From assembly GCF_037042905.1 (NCBI RefSeq), contig NC_087250.1, positions 7,752,001-7,816,000 on the forward strand: 64,000 nucleotides of DNA, given 5' to 3'. Positions within the stretch are counted from its first letter, which is position 1; every line of letters starts with the position of its first letter. This document shows positions 12,765 through 26,600 of this stretch, one piece after another. The notes under the pieces were generated by a model that ran no database searches, was not told where the DNA came from, and saw only the letters and a list, made by a program, of their open reading frames with translations. The stretch comes from Lytechinus pictus (taxonomy: Eukaryota). The position numbers were made by a program, and so were the translations under genes.

Positions 12765-13211
12765 CAGGGGCGGGGCCAGGATATCTTGATGGCGGGGGGG
12801 GGGGGAGGTGGGCTGCACATCGTAGGTGATTTCATGTTTCCCTCAATTGAAAAACACGGGGTAATATAATAATAATGATAATAGCTGGATTTATGTAATC
12901 CTTTTTGCCACAGGGTACTGCAAAGTTAAGATATTATTAACCCCCACCTTAAGCTGGAGCTACCTCTTAATGAGCAGCACTGGGTGCATTCAAGGAATTA
13001 GAGGGGACCCATTCACCTCACCTGGGTCAAGTGCAGCACAGTGTGGATAAATTTCTTGCTGAATGTGCATTACTTGACCCATGCCCTCTCTTTCTTAATA
13101 CTGTTCCTTCTTTTTCTTTCCTTTTTCTTCACTTTACCGTTTCTCCTTTTACCACTTGAAAAAAAAAAATTGGGGGGGATGTCACCCCTACTCCCTTTAG
13201 TGCCGCCCCTG
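12765..13211. mobile_element. CAGGGGCGG...CCGCCCCTG element carrying a nested SINE fragment
   Basis: 9-bp TIRs. Internal 12865-13065 matches the SINE at 6047-6322. Confidence 0.6.
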
Positions 13212-13440
13212 GCTACATGTACATGTACGCGTGTATAACTTCCTCTCCACCGAGCTGTCGGAGTACTTCCTTACAAATACAAGCATTTTAGCCATCTCTC
13301 TCATTCCGACTCTACCAGTCGTTAGGGGAGGTTGTGCTTTTGAGGAACTCCTACCATTGTCCTCATTTGTGATTGATATTGGATATTTTCTTCAAGGTTA
13401 GATCCAGGATCGGTAAGAATAGATTAATTTCTCATTTTTG

Positions 13441-14357
13441 AAGGCATCTTGGTCTAGTGGTTCTGTTTGGAGCCTATCAATGATAGGGTCCTTGGTTTGA
13501 ATTTCAAAGAGGGATGAATTTCCCTCAGCGATGAATTCTTCGACCAAGGTTGAGTTAATGGGTACCTGGCAGGAACATCCATTCTAAGAAATCATTGTCC
13601 TGGGTTTGAATTTCAAAGATGGATGAATTTCCCTCAGCGATGAATTCTTCGACCAAGGTTAAGTTAATGGGTACCTGGCAGGAACATTTCTTCTAAGAAA
13701 TGATTGTGGGTTAATGCAATGATCATAATTTGCCAAAAGCATGAGGTCCAATGGTTCTGTTTCTTTTTTTTTCAATTAAAAGGTCATGGGGTTTGAATCC
13801 CCAAAGATGGGTGAGATTCCCTCAGCATTTAATTCATCAACCAATGTTAGGTTAATGGGTACCTGGCAGGAATATTCATTCTTTGAAATGATTATGAGCT
13901 ATAAATAACATGGTGATAAATTTGCGAAGGCATCTTGGTCTCGTGGTCCTATTTCTTGCCTTTCAATCAGAAGGTGATGGGTTTGAATCCCAGTCATGGA
14001 TGAATTTCAGCAGTGAATTCATCTACCAAGGTTAAAGTGAAGTCAAACTGGCAGAAATAATTCTTTGACATCATTATGGGTTAATGCAATGGTGATAATT
14101 TGCTAAAAGGAGGATGGTCTACTGGTTATGTATCTGGCCTTTCAATCAGAAGGTCATTGGTTTGAATCCCAGCGAGGGGGGAATTTCCCTCAAACAATGA
14201 ATTCATCGACAGAGGTTAAGTTAATGGGTACCTAGTAGGAACATTCATTGTTTGAAAGATTTGTGTGGGGAGAGGATTCAGGCAGTGGTGTTTTTTAGAG
14301 CCTGGAGCACTTTGCAGAGTGGATTATGAGTGCTTTATATGTTGCATTAGTATTATC
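13441..14357 (+). repeat. Tandem array (~5 units, ~180 bp) derived from a tRNA-SINE
   Basis: Units carry A-box-like TGGTCTAGTGG, B-box-like GGTTTGAAT and (mostly) AATGGGTACCTGGCAGG. Unit starts at about 13441, 13600 (5'-truncated), 13735, 13926 and 14105. Confidence 0.8.
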
Positions 14358-15074
14358 AGAATTGTCATTCAGAATCATCAGATATTCAATGCTCAAAACT
14401 TATATGAATGTCCTTTTAAGAATGTTCTTTCTTTCCTTGAATTTGCTTTGAAGGTTGTGATAGTATCCAATGCCTCTATGAAGGGACTATCTGCTGCCTT
14501 ACGATTTCAATTGTGAATTTTTTTTTGACTGTGCAGCATATCGACAAATTTCAATTAGACCTTTTAATACAATTGTTGAATTGCCCATGGATCCAATCTT
14601 TTAGGAGTGATGATTTTTTTAGGGGGTTAAAATCTTCCTCTGGAAAATTCTTGATCTAAACAGTAGCCTATTTATGACTCTACCTACAGTGCTTAAATCA
14701 TTTTCTTTCACATAAATCCCTTTTGCCATTATTACTTCCTTAAAATGCACTGAAGTGGGTCAAGTATACTTAGTATATTGATGCCGCATGTGACAATATA
14801 ACAGATTTTTTTTCATATAGGAAGCAATGCCACAAAATTTTTGTTTGGGGATGTGTGTGTGTGTGTGTGTTAGGTTTGTGAAATGGCTCTTGGTCTAATC
14901 TCTATTTATGGACTTGTTCTTTTAGTTCTTATTTTAATCATTTGGTTCAATTGCAACATTTTGATGTCACATTATTTCATTTAGACTATTTGATAATAAG
15001 TATAATAATAATTAGCCACTTCAGTTAGGAAACTGCTCTATCAGCGGGCCCTGCATATTAAGATAATATGCTAT

Positions 15075-15213
15075 CATCACCATCTAAATGCTGAGGTGCC
15101 TAGCAAGAAGGCAGAAGTCCCAATATTTATAAGTCTTTGGTATGACTTGGTCAGGGATTGAAGCCATGACCTTTGATTCATGAGGCAGGCGCTCTTCCAC
15201 TGAGCCACCACGC
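15075..15213 (-). mobile_element. tRNA-derived SINE (5' part), related to 49244-49509
   Basis: Minus strand TGGCTCAGTGG A box, degenerate B box, then GTCATACCAAAGACTTATAAA central segment shared with the 49.3-kb SINE. Confidence 0.7.
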
Positions 15214-15428
15214 ATGGTTATTCCCATGTCCTCAAGTTGCAAAGGTGAGGCTTTTTTGCGTGACATCCTTTTGACCATGCATACACCATTGAGCCTGCCT
15301 GATTAGACCAATTTGTGACAAATAAAAACCATAAAAGACCAACTTAAAGAGAATGAAATGAATATGAAAAATATATTAAGATATCTATCTATTGCTCCAA
15401 AAGTTTGGTTATTTCAAAGTCTTTCTAA

Positions 15429-15808
15429 TGCTGTTTTCACATTGAAGGCGAAGTGGAATTACTCGGGAGTAACTCTGGATTGAGTTGACGCGGACCGACA
15501 TTACACCCCCTTTCAAACGGGCAAGCTCCGCAGCGGTGTAATCGCAGTCGTTTCCGTGGTTTCCAAGCGAGTTCATGCCATAATGTGTGGTGCGCGGAAT
15601 CTCCCCATGCGGAAATGAAAGAGATGGGCGATACCGCACTTCTGGTGTGGACTAAATCCGTTTGTAACCCTCTTTTCAAAGTGGGTTGAGTACTCTGCTT
15701 TGAATCCGGATCGAAATAATCCTAGAATTTTCATAATGCCCTCCAAGGTGGAGTAACTCCTTCTGGACTCCGGAGTAAAATTTCCACTTTGTCAGTATGA
15801 AAGTGGCT
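15429..15808. mobile_element. Harbinger-like MITE
   Basis: Imperfect TIRs GCTGTTTTCACATTGA / TCAGTATGAAAGTGGC, flanked by TAA/TTA. Confidence 0.6.
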
Positions 15809-15875
15809 TTACAAAACCAATACCAAACCAACTGATGATATGCCACTCCTAATAACAATATCCTTGATTGCTCTG

Positions 15876-16476
15876 GTGGGTGTCTCATAAAGCTGTTCAG
15901 TAGTCTGTAAGTTACGTGACTTTATGAATGACTGGTGATCTGTTCTTATAGGAACTACATCAATCGGAACTACATTAACCAATGAAAATCTGGTGTATAT
16001 CATTTGGCACGAGAAAGGATCACCAGTCGTTCTTAAAGTTTATCTTTACGTATGAACAGCTTTATGAAAAACCCACGTGGTGGCCATTTCACAAAACTGT
16101 TCGTGAGTTAAGAACAACTTAAAGAACGACTGGTGATCCTTTCTTGTGGTAAATGATATTCACCATTAAGTGTTCATTGGTGATTGTTTAACACGTAAGA
16201 AAGGTTCACCAGTTGTTCGTAAAGTCGCTAGTAACTTGCGAGCAGCTTTATGAAACACCCACCTGGGGGGTGTTTCACAAAGATTTAAGTATGACTTAGA
16301 GTCGCACTTAAATGCCTAGTTGCGCGCGGTATAAAAGCCATGACCGCATTGGTCAGATCAGGCAAAGAGGACCCGCAATACTGCGTATTGATCAATTAGA
16401 TTGCGCGTTGCATTTCAGATACGCGTCAGCATTTAAGTGCGATTTAAGTCATACTTAAATCTTTGTGAAAAACCCC
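15876..16476. mobile_element. Three abutting Harbinger-like MITEs (15876-16076, 16080-16262, 16266-16476)
   Basis: Each has G(T/G)GG...T(T/C)TCA(T/C)AAA TIRs. Bounded and separated by single CTG/GTG trinucleotides. Confidence 0.8.
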
Positions 16477-19400
16477 CTGGAGTCTGATTCATTGATGTGA
16501 GTGTACATGTAGCATTGCTATGTGAAGTGAGATAGGATAAACGATACACGGTCGGACCATATTAGTTTCAAGTTTAAATGTACCTTGGCATTTGCCCAGC
16601 CGGCCATTACTGGTCCCACAGGTGCGTTTCTGTGTATGTTTGGGAGAGCATGGTAAACAGAAGAATCTCATATGCATGCTCTGTACATTTTTTATGTATT
16701 GCCCTATTGCTAACTTCTCGTTTTACGATGGTGCATTTATGCTTCCAATTTCAGGCCTAAATCTGGCATTTGTTTATGGTTAAGCTCAAAACATGGTTGT
16801 ATGTCCTTACTTTATTTAAATGCTAATTGTAACCTGACTAAAAAAGGTCTGTGTTTACAATTGGTACTTGTACTTCTCCCCCCCCAAAAAAAAATGTTAT
16901 TTTGAGGATTTGTGAATTCAAAAATAATGCATTTCGTAATTAATGCGCAACTGATGTTCATCATCATTAGTAGTTTGTAGGTCGACCACCTTTTCCGTAG
17001 ACATACAAAATAGCATGGGTCATGCATGAAACATGAAAAATAAAGAAATTCAACTTAACCATGAATTCCAGTTGCAGGTAATTCAGGGTTAATCAATACA
17101 TCTACAAATAAGTTTCTAGGAAAACTTTTAATTGATGGTTGTAATTACTTTGAAAGGGAAACAATGTGGTTTATGCATAGTGGACCAATCTCTCACAGGA
17201 TTATTTTCTCAGGTGTGGTGTCACAATTATGGTTCCATTTGCACGTATGTAGTTTGGGTATGATGTTTAAAAATACAATGTTCTTTTTGATATAGCATGT
17301 ACCCCAACTTGATGCCAAATCCAGTGACCCATAACACAAAGCTTAGCAATCATCGTACAACATATTTTAATTAATTTTTTAATTGATTGCACTTGCTTCA
17401 ATGTACAATTGATTGTGAAAATCAAGGGTGCGGTTAAGCGCTAAAATCTTGATGTTACGGGACCTTAGGTCAATGTAGCTCTTTGAATCCAGCTTCAGAG
17501 CCAAAATTCGCCTTAAAAAGTTGCCCAAATAGTACTCTGTGGCAGTGCAATTGTAATGAGCGCAGAACATTCATTCTCCTTTCCTAAATGAAGTGTAAAC
17601 GCAACCTTTTTCCCACGGATATTATCTTTGGACATGTGGAATAATAATTTGATAATTGAATATTGAATAAAATAATTTGATAAAAATGTAGCCTCTTTCA
17701 AAACTGAATCACCCCTTGCTAAAATTTTGTAATTATTTTCTACTTTGCTATTTCGCCGTCATACATCAAAACAACGTCTCTCGCCTTCCAGAATCGAGAT
17801 ACAGGAATACCATTACCAAGAACATAGAATGTATGCCCTTTATCCACTCCCTGGGGAGCATTCCAACAAGAGTTTCCAAACTCATTTGCTAGCCATAGCA
17901 CAGACTTCCACATTCTACCTGGTACCCATTGAACACCTGGGTGGAGAGTGGCAGTGTGACGCCTTGCCGAAGGACAGCAAAGGAAAAAGACCTGGACACT
18001 CCCTCCTTAAACTAGAAAAGCACTGTTTAAAAACAATATTTGCTGGTTAATTATTGTCTTGAACAAGTTGAATTACATGTATGTTAATTGATGCACTTTC
18101 TGGACTATCATTTTCTTTTGAGAATCAGGAAGTAAAGTACCTGATATGCAATACACACATTTAATACATACAATGTACCCTTCAAGTGTGTTAGTGTATG
18201 TTTGGTTAATATCTTATTAGCGAAAGATGACAAGGCTTAACAAGGATATCTTTGCCATATCTTCTTCCTCTTTCTTTTCCTGCTATTAGATACCTTCATT
18301 TAAAGGGAGATGCAGATCTGCAAAGTAGTACTGGTTTTCGGTAATTATTACTGAAAAATGAGAGAGAATACTGGTGGTTTCTTGCGAATTACTGATTTCT
18401 AAAGTTTCAGCTGTGGAATTTTTTGTGAAAATAGTGATTTTCTTACCAAAATACAAAATTTCAGCCTTTAAAATACTGAAATGTTCTTGATCAGGTTGGC
18501 ATCTCTGGAGATGTTTGATCGTGTTTGTTGGGGCTTTAAACCTGGAATATCATATGGTTTTGAAATCAAATGAATTAGAAAATTATTCTTTCTCCTATAT
18601 TGCATTATGTTATGAATATTACTTCTTGTCTATGCTTTCAGTGTGGTTAATGGGTCTGCAACACAGTACAATTTAGATCTTGTTCACAAATACATTTTTG
18701 TCAGAACTTTGCATCTGTTCAACTCTGGTTTTTTTATATTCCAAAACAAATCAACAAAGGCTTGCATGGGAGGGGGAGAGGGGGGGGGGGGTTGTTGTGC
18801 TAACCCTTCACGAGAGGAAAGTTCCCTGAATATATGCAGCTTCCTTGAATGCTTCGAGCGTCCGATCAAGGTAGCCGTGCTAAAGCCGGGGTAATAGTAT
18901 GCAGTGCTTAGAAATATTTGTATTAATCACTAGATAAATGACTGCATAGTGTTTTATTATGTCACAACATATATTTTTCTGTTTTTGTTATGGATCACCA
19001 TGTGAACATATCTCTTCTGGACTACCATGTGAACCCGTATATTTTGAATATAAAGTCAATAGGAAAAGGTGGAGTCGTAGCAGGGATTTCCTTAATAGTG
19101 TGGTATTATGTAATACCTCAGAATAATCAATGTGAGAAAATGGCTGGTGTGAATATAGAGAAAAGTGCAATTGATGAGTTCAGAGAGAGAGAGAGAGAGA
19201 GAGAAAGAGAGCTAGAGAAATAGCAAGAGATATTGTAATAAGGAGAGATATGGGGGAGTAGCACAAACCCTACGAATATGTGACTTTTTACAGGAGATGT
19301 AATGTGTGTTTATTGAAGCTCTTTTTGTTAAAATTATGATTTTTTTTCACATGTTTTGTGTTTGCACCGATGTAATCTTTATTTAGTAGCATAAATAGGA

Positions 19401-19490
19401 CGGCAAATACATGAAATGAATGAATATCATGAAATACTTTAAAAGACTGACTTTACGAAACGTCGATTTTCTTTTTTCATCTTTCTTCAG

Positions 19491-20595
19491 ATTTTCAAAG
19501 AATACTTGATGATGGATGGTGACATCGCGAGAGAATCCAGCGGCAACGATGATTTTGAAATCATCGGAGGCGATTCTCCCGGATGCAGCAAGTCCGACGG
19601 AGACGGTGTGGTGGTCTCAGTTGAGGTTGACATCATTGCTAACGGTGATGACCTGTCAGCCTCCAAGCAACTTGATGGCGAAGAGTCCTCAGAGGTGAAC
19701 GGTGTAGGCCAGGGAGGGGAGGAAGGTGAGATAACCCATGCAAGGATAGGACAGGGTGATGTTGATGACAAGCCTAAGCAATCTGCAGAGGAATTGATGG
19801 AGGAACTTGGCATCACTATGGAGAGTGGTGACCAGGAAGATGAGGAGAGTAAGGTTAGTCCAGATGCAGGGGAGGTCGTTGAGGAGGATCAGGTTTCAGC
19901 GACGACCATGAAGACAGAAGAAGCAAGCGTGTCGCTGGACACTCTTGCAAAAGAAGAGGAGGCTGAGCCCAAGACTGAGGCTGATGATGGAAGTCAGGAA
20001 AATGGTGTTTCCATTGAGGTAATGCCTGTTGGAAAGGTAGAAGACACTCCAGAAACGCTAGAAGACAGTACTCCAGAAACACCTGATGACTCTCCCGCAG
20101 ACACTGACGATGTCACAGAACCTACCCCTAGAGATGAAGTGCCTGAAGAAACTCCAGAAATACAAGAAGAAACTCCAGAAACACGAGAAGACAGTACTCC
20201 AGAAACACCAGAAGATTCTCCTGCAGATGCCGATGCTGTTTCTGAACCTTCCCCTGAAGAGGTCACTGAGGATGCCCCTCAAGAGGTTACAGAGGATACT
20301 CCCAAAGATGTTACTGAGGATAGTGCTAATGATCTCATAGTGGAAACTCCCAAAGACCTCGCTGAAGACATCCCCAAAGACATTCCAGATACGGAGGAAG
20401 ATACCAACCAGGACTCGGCCGTTGACGTGAATCTAGACACATCTCAAGACACGTCTCATGATATATCACAGGATATCAGTTTGGATGTTTCTCTAGACAA
20501 ACCACAGGAGCTTGGTGAGGATGCACCAGCTTCTCAGGATGATGACCAAACCCTGACAGAACAGAGCTTAGATGAATCCCTTAACTCTGAGGAAG
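19491..20595 (+). CDS. Exon of a large acidic, intrinsically disordered protein (probable start ATG at 19509 or 19512)
   Basis: Acceptor TTTTTTCATCTTTCTTCAG|ATT. Long open Asp/Glu-rich frame. Donor GAAG|GTAGGT leaves phase 1, which matches the next exon. Confidence 0.85.
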
Positions 20596-21666
20596 GTAGG
20601 TCACCACTTCCTTACAAATCTTTTCAGTCAAATGTTAGATAGTCATAAAATGTGACGAGACAGTCTTTTCCCCTTTTCAGCATAAATCCTGGAACCCTCT
20701 GCTAATGATGATCTTCCATACTTGTAGGTAAACTTGTCTATAAAGATCACCAAAGTGGTACAAGACAAATGGTCTTTGAGAGCAGGTGGTCTTACTGAAC
20801 GGGATCATGTTTTTGGTCTTTATAGACTGATGGTCTTTTTATACAGGTAGTCGAGGAAAGCAGGTTTGACTGCACACCGTTCATGAAATACACAAGATCT
20901 GAAGTGGTTGTGTTAATATTCTCACGATTTTATCCAAGATCATAATTGTTGTCATCTGTAACGGTTGATTGAGTTCTGGTTGGGTCATACAAATTGTTAG
21001 AGCTCATGGTGTAGCTCATTATACTTCAGTCACATTCGCTCTACGGCGGTCGTACTGCGACTCGAAAACAGCCGTTTTAACATTTATTGTACCAGCTACA
21101 AATAGGTGGTTTGAATGAAAATGTTTTTGACTTGCCGTACGACCGCTGTAGAGCAAATTTGATTGACGTATGAGTATTGGAAAAGTTTCATGGATTAATT
21201 TCTGATGGTCATACGATACTTGAAAAGATAACTCTACATTACATTACATTAATAACACCACGTAAGTAATATCAGATAAGATATCTGACCTAACGAATCT
21301 AAAGAATAGTATTTTACCTTAAAAGAATGTTACAACGTACTGTAGAACAATCTACAGGATTGGTCGTAACTTGTAGTAAACCTAACTGAAAGAAGACGTG
21401 TGAACATTATTTGTATCACCCTTCTCAGAACTCAATATTTCCTTTCAAGAAAACAAAACCTACATAGTACTTGAATACCAGTATCAACGCTGATATTTGA
21501 ACAAGGAAATGAAATACCATATCTCTGGTACGTGTAGTTGAATTTCAACGCTTGTGATATTTGATGAATGTTGTCCAGTCAAGACCGAAACTCGAGATCA
21601 TCTTAATGACCATTATACGGAGTGAAAGTGATGACAAATTTCTATGAATAGGAGTTTTACTTTCAG

Positions 21667-21713
21667 CTGAAGAAGGTGAAGAACCCACGTCAAATTGTCA
21701 ACCTCAGAGCTAG
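21667..21713 (+). CDS. Candidate alternative terminal exon (G|CT: AEEGEEPTSNCQPQS*)
   Basis: Acceptor GTTTTACTTTCAG|. Phase-1 frame continues the acidic composition to TAG at 21711-21713. AATAAA at 21923, 22352 and 22417. Confidence 0.3.
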
Positions 21714-23699
21714 AAAGATACTAGGATGTTCATTGCAGAAGGTCATAAAAGCCCTGTTACACAAAGGTTGTAATCGATGTCGGATACAATCCTGATTGGT
21801 CATTGGGTGATTTCAAGTTCAGTGTTGACCTTCTGGTGTTGGTGTAAATGTAAATTTTTGCACGATTATACCACCAAATATAAGATGATCCCGAAAAGTC
21901 ATTCACTAGTTGTTGAGATGTCAATAAAGTGATCTGGATCACTTTTACAAAATCCGAATAAGTCTTGGAGCTAGGGGAAGCAATCCAACAAATTTTAACA
22001 CCCAACACCAAGGCCAACACCAGACTTGAAATCACTCAATGGTTAGTCTGTGAACAAAATGTGCATTCAACAATGATGTTGATTGGCCATGGCAAATTCT
22101 GTGATTGATTGCCCCTTCTGTGTAACAGTGCCCAAAACTTCTTTCCATCCGACCTTTATAATCATTTATTGATTACCCCCCCCCCCCCGTTTCAGTTGTG
22201 TTGGAATTTCTATTTTCATTATTGTTGGTGGCATGTTAGTCAAAGTTGTGCTTAGTTTAGTTTGGGAATTTATAGAAGATTTATTTTTAGTTTGTTTGCT
22301 AGTTTTAGTTGCAATATTTATACTTTGATTTCTGTTTTCATTCCTTCCCAAAATAAAATCTGCACTTAGCTTTTCTTTGGAAGGCATGGCAAGAGGCTGG
22401 TTGAAGAGGAGGACACAATAAAATGCATTTAAACTGCATCATTATAAACACATTCTGGTTGAATATAAAAACTTTTTTTTTAATTACCCTAACCCTGAAC
22501 TCCCCTCTTGATCAACATGTAGTGTAGCATTTCATATCCAGCCGCAGAGCTCATTTTTGGCCTTGATGAAGAAGAATAATTTACTTTATGTAAGTGCGTT
22601 TGAATGAACAATGAATGTTTGAAAACGCTTCTCAAAGGAAGCACAAAGACACCTACTCTCCTTCTACTTTGCCATGCCTTCATTTGCATAGATGGTCAAA
22701 TAATCTTTATGTTTCATTTTGCATTCAAACCCGCTTTATGTTCCTTTTGTCCCCATGATTTGTATTTTATGTTTCTTGTTACACAGTGTAAATGTTGTTT
22801 AAAATTTTATACAACGCTGTTTACTATAATATAGATAACAATGCTTAATTTATTTTGAATTATATTGAAAATTTAACTTTGTTATTTAAGAATGTAAACA
22901 CTTGTTTAAAACTTTTAAACAACTCCTGACACATTCATATTGTAAACAGTGATGTATACAAATTTTAAACAGCGATTTTACTCTGAATGTCCTTGTCTTT
23001 GTTTTGTCCTTTGTGTTTCCTGTTCAATGTCTTTAACACAAAAGTAACAAAGGGAAGTCAGTTAAGAGCTACTAACTTTAAAAGCTCATTTTGCCTCAAA
23101 GCAGCAGTAGAAGCGAAAGCTACATAAAATTTGCTGCTTTCTAGTTTTGTTATCCTTTCTATGCTGAATTATTATTTAAAAGTTTTATTTCTTTGGGCAT
23201 TGGGAAGAAATATGTGGAGAATGGGGTACACACTAAATCAAGATCGAATATTGAAAGGTTTGACACGCACTGGACTGGGGTCAACTGTAGGTCAATTTCA
23301 GTCTGTTTTATTCTTTGCCATATGTCATTATTAAGATAAATGAGGTCTGTTTCATGAAAGTTGTCTGCAATGACAAACTGTCTTTCTCCGACAGTTACCA
23401 TAGTAACAGTCAGAGGCCAGTGTTTCTGAGCCAATCAAAACCAAGGATTTGATTAAAATTGTCCGTGCTGACAACTCTCATGAAACACCCACAAGTTCTT
23501 GTGGTCTGTCATCGATCTTGTTGGGGTCCCATTGCCATCATCTGGGTGTGAAGAATCTTTCTTCCAGATGGGTTTGGAGGGTAAAGCCTTATCCCCTGGG
23601 AATTCAGATGTAGTCCTTTTGTGACTAGACCAAGTCTTTGTTGGGTCTGCTATAAGTAGCTGACCCTAGTGATAAGTTAACATGACATTGTTGTTACAG

Positions 23700-26600
23700 T
23701 GACTCCACAGCAAGGAGATGAAACTCAGAATGACCCAGATCCGGGGGAAGGGGAAGGAGAACCAACTGCTGCACCAACACCTGATGAACCAACAGGAGAA
23801 ACTGAAAAGGAAGTAGCAGAAGAAGAAACACCAGCAGAAGAAGTGCCAGCTGAACAAGAAACACCACCTGAAGAAGAAACACCAGAACAAGCACCAGCTG
23901 AAGTAGAGACCCAAGCTGGAGAAGAGACACAAGCTGAAAAAGAAACACAAGCTGAAGAAGCAACTCCAGCTGAAGAAGAGACACCTGCTGACGAGACACC
24001 AGCTGAAGAAGAAACACAAGCTGAAGAAGCAACACCAGCTAAGGAAGATACACCAGTCGAAGAACCAACATCAGCTGAAGAAGAGACACAAACTGAAGAA
24101 GAGACACCAGCTGAGGAACCAACACCACCTGTGCAAGAAAAACCAGCTGAAGAAGAGACACCAGCTGAGGATTCACCAGCTGAAGAAGCAACACCAGCTG
24201 AAGAAGAAACACAAGCTGAAGAAGAGACAAAAGCTGAAGAAGAGACGCAAACTGAAGAAGAGACACAAACTGAAGAAGCAACACCAGCTGTGGAAGAAAC
24301 GCCAGCTGAAGAAGAAACACCGTCTGAAGAGACACCTGCTGAAGAGACACCAGCTGAAGAAGAATCACAAACTGAAGAAGAGACACAAACTGGAGAACCA
24401 ACACCAGCAGTGGAAGAAACACCCGCTGAAGAAGAAACACCGGCTGAAGAGACACCAGCTGAAGAAGAAACACAAGCTGAAGAAGAGACACAAACTGAAG
24501 AACCAACACCAGCAGTGGAAGAAACATCCGCTACAGAAGAAACACCGGCTGAAAAGACACCTGCTGAAGAGACACCAGCTGAAGAAGAAACACAAGCTGA
24601 AGAAGAGACACAAACTGAAGAACTAACACCAGCAGTGGAAGAAACACCCGCTCAAGAAGAAACACCGGCTGAAGAGACACCTGCTGAAGAGACACCAGCT
24701 GAAGAAGAAACACAAGCTGAAGAAGAGACACAAACTGAAGAACTAACACCAGCAGTGGAAGAAACACCCGCTCAAGAAGAAACACCGGCTGAAGAGACAC
24801 CTGCTGAAGAGACACCAGCTGAACAAGCAACATTGACTGAAGAAGAAACGCAAGCTGAAGAAGCAACACCGGCTGACGAAGAGAAACCATCTGAAGAAGA
24901 GACACAAACTGAAGAGGAAACACCAGCTGTGGAAGAAACGCCCACTGAAGATGGAACACCGGCTGAAGAGACACCTGCTGAAGAGACACCAGCTGAAGAA
25001 GAAACACAAGCTGAAGTAGAGACACAAACTGAAGAACCAACACCAGCAGTGAAAGAAACACCGGCTGAAGAAGAAACACCCGCTGAAGAAGGAACACTGG
25101 CTGAAGAGACACCTGCTGAAGAGACACCAGCTGAAGAAGAAACACAAGCGGAAGAAGAGACACAAACTGAAGAACCAACACCAGCAGTGGAAGAAATTCC
25201 CGCTGAAAAAGAAACACCCGCTGAAGAAGAAACACAAGCTGAAGAAGAGACACAAACTGAAGAAGTAACACCAGCTGTGGAAGAAGCACCTGCTGAAGAA
25301 GAAACACCAGCTGAAGAGACACCTGCTGAACTAGCAACACTGGCTGAAGAAGAAACGCAAGCTGAAGAAGCAACACCGGCTGACGAAGAGAAACCATCTG
25401 AAGAAGAGACACTGGCTGAAGAACCAACACCAGCTGTGGAAGAAACACCCATTGCAGCAGAGACACTGGCTGAAGAAGCAACACCAGCTGGAGAAGAAAC
25501 ACAAGCTGGAGAAGAAACACAAGCTGAAGAAGCACCACCAGCTGAAGAAGAGACACAAGCTGGAGAAGCCACATCAGCTGAAGTAGAGACACCAGCTGAA
25601 GAACCAACACCAGCTGCAGAACCAACACCAGCTGAAGAAGAGACACTGGCTGAAGAAGAAATACAAGATGAAGAACCAACACCACCTGTGGAAGAAACAC
25701 CGGCTGAAGAAGAGACACAGGCTGAAGAAGAGACACAACCTGAAGAAGAGACACAACCTGAAGAAGATAAAACTGCTGTACAAGAGACACCAGCTGAAGA
25801 AGAAACACATGCTGAAAAAGAGACACCAGCTGAAGAAGAAACACCTGCTGAAGAAGAATCAAATTCTGAGGAAGTGGTTGAGAAGAGGGTGTCTGCCTCA
25901 GACTTGGTTGAAGAGTTTGGACTGACATTAGATGAGGGTGATCAGAGTGTATCTGTATTTGGTCAGGAAACTGAAAACAAATCTGGTGATGAAATGGTGG
26001 AAGAAGAAAAAGTTGTTCCAACGACACAAAATCCAGAGGAAGCAGATATCAGATTAGACTTTTTATGTAGCACAGAGGAAGCTGAAGTTACAGAGAAAGG
26101 TGCTGAGGAAATTGAAACAGAGGATGTTGTGGATGGGGTAAATATAGATGAAGTAGCAAGTACATTGGATGTCTCTCCCACAGGAGATGAGGGTGTTTCA
26201 ACAGAACAATCAGAAGAAGTTGATGCCAGTGAAGGAAAAGAAGCTGTGAAAGATGCAGAAGAAGAGTCATCACCTGTAACCCAGGAGGCTGATAATGTAG
26301 TAGAGGAAGTATCAGACAATGTGCCAGCAGCTGTTGAGACCGAGGTAGAAAAATTGAGCAAGGAAACAAAAGAGACAGAGGAGAAAGAGGATGAGACAGT
26401 GGAGGGATTACCCAAGGAAGCACCAGAAATTATTGTCACTAGTGAAGAGGCTATTGTGGATGAAGAAGCTGGTGATGATGAAGTGAAAGAGGATACTAAC
26501 CAGGCAGCTGAGGAAATGGCCACAGAAGAACAGGAGGTGGTGGAAGAGTCAGTGAGGGAAGAAATCACAAGGGATGTTGAAGCATGTCCTGAAGATTCAC

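Noticed and set aside
20664..20690. Strong-looking acceptor TCTTTTCCCCTTTTCAG
   Set aside because: Gives an immediate in-frame stop (G|CA TAA) and is followed by repeat-derived sequence. No other support.
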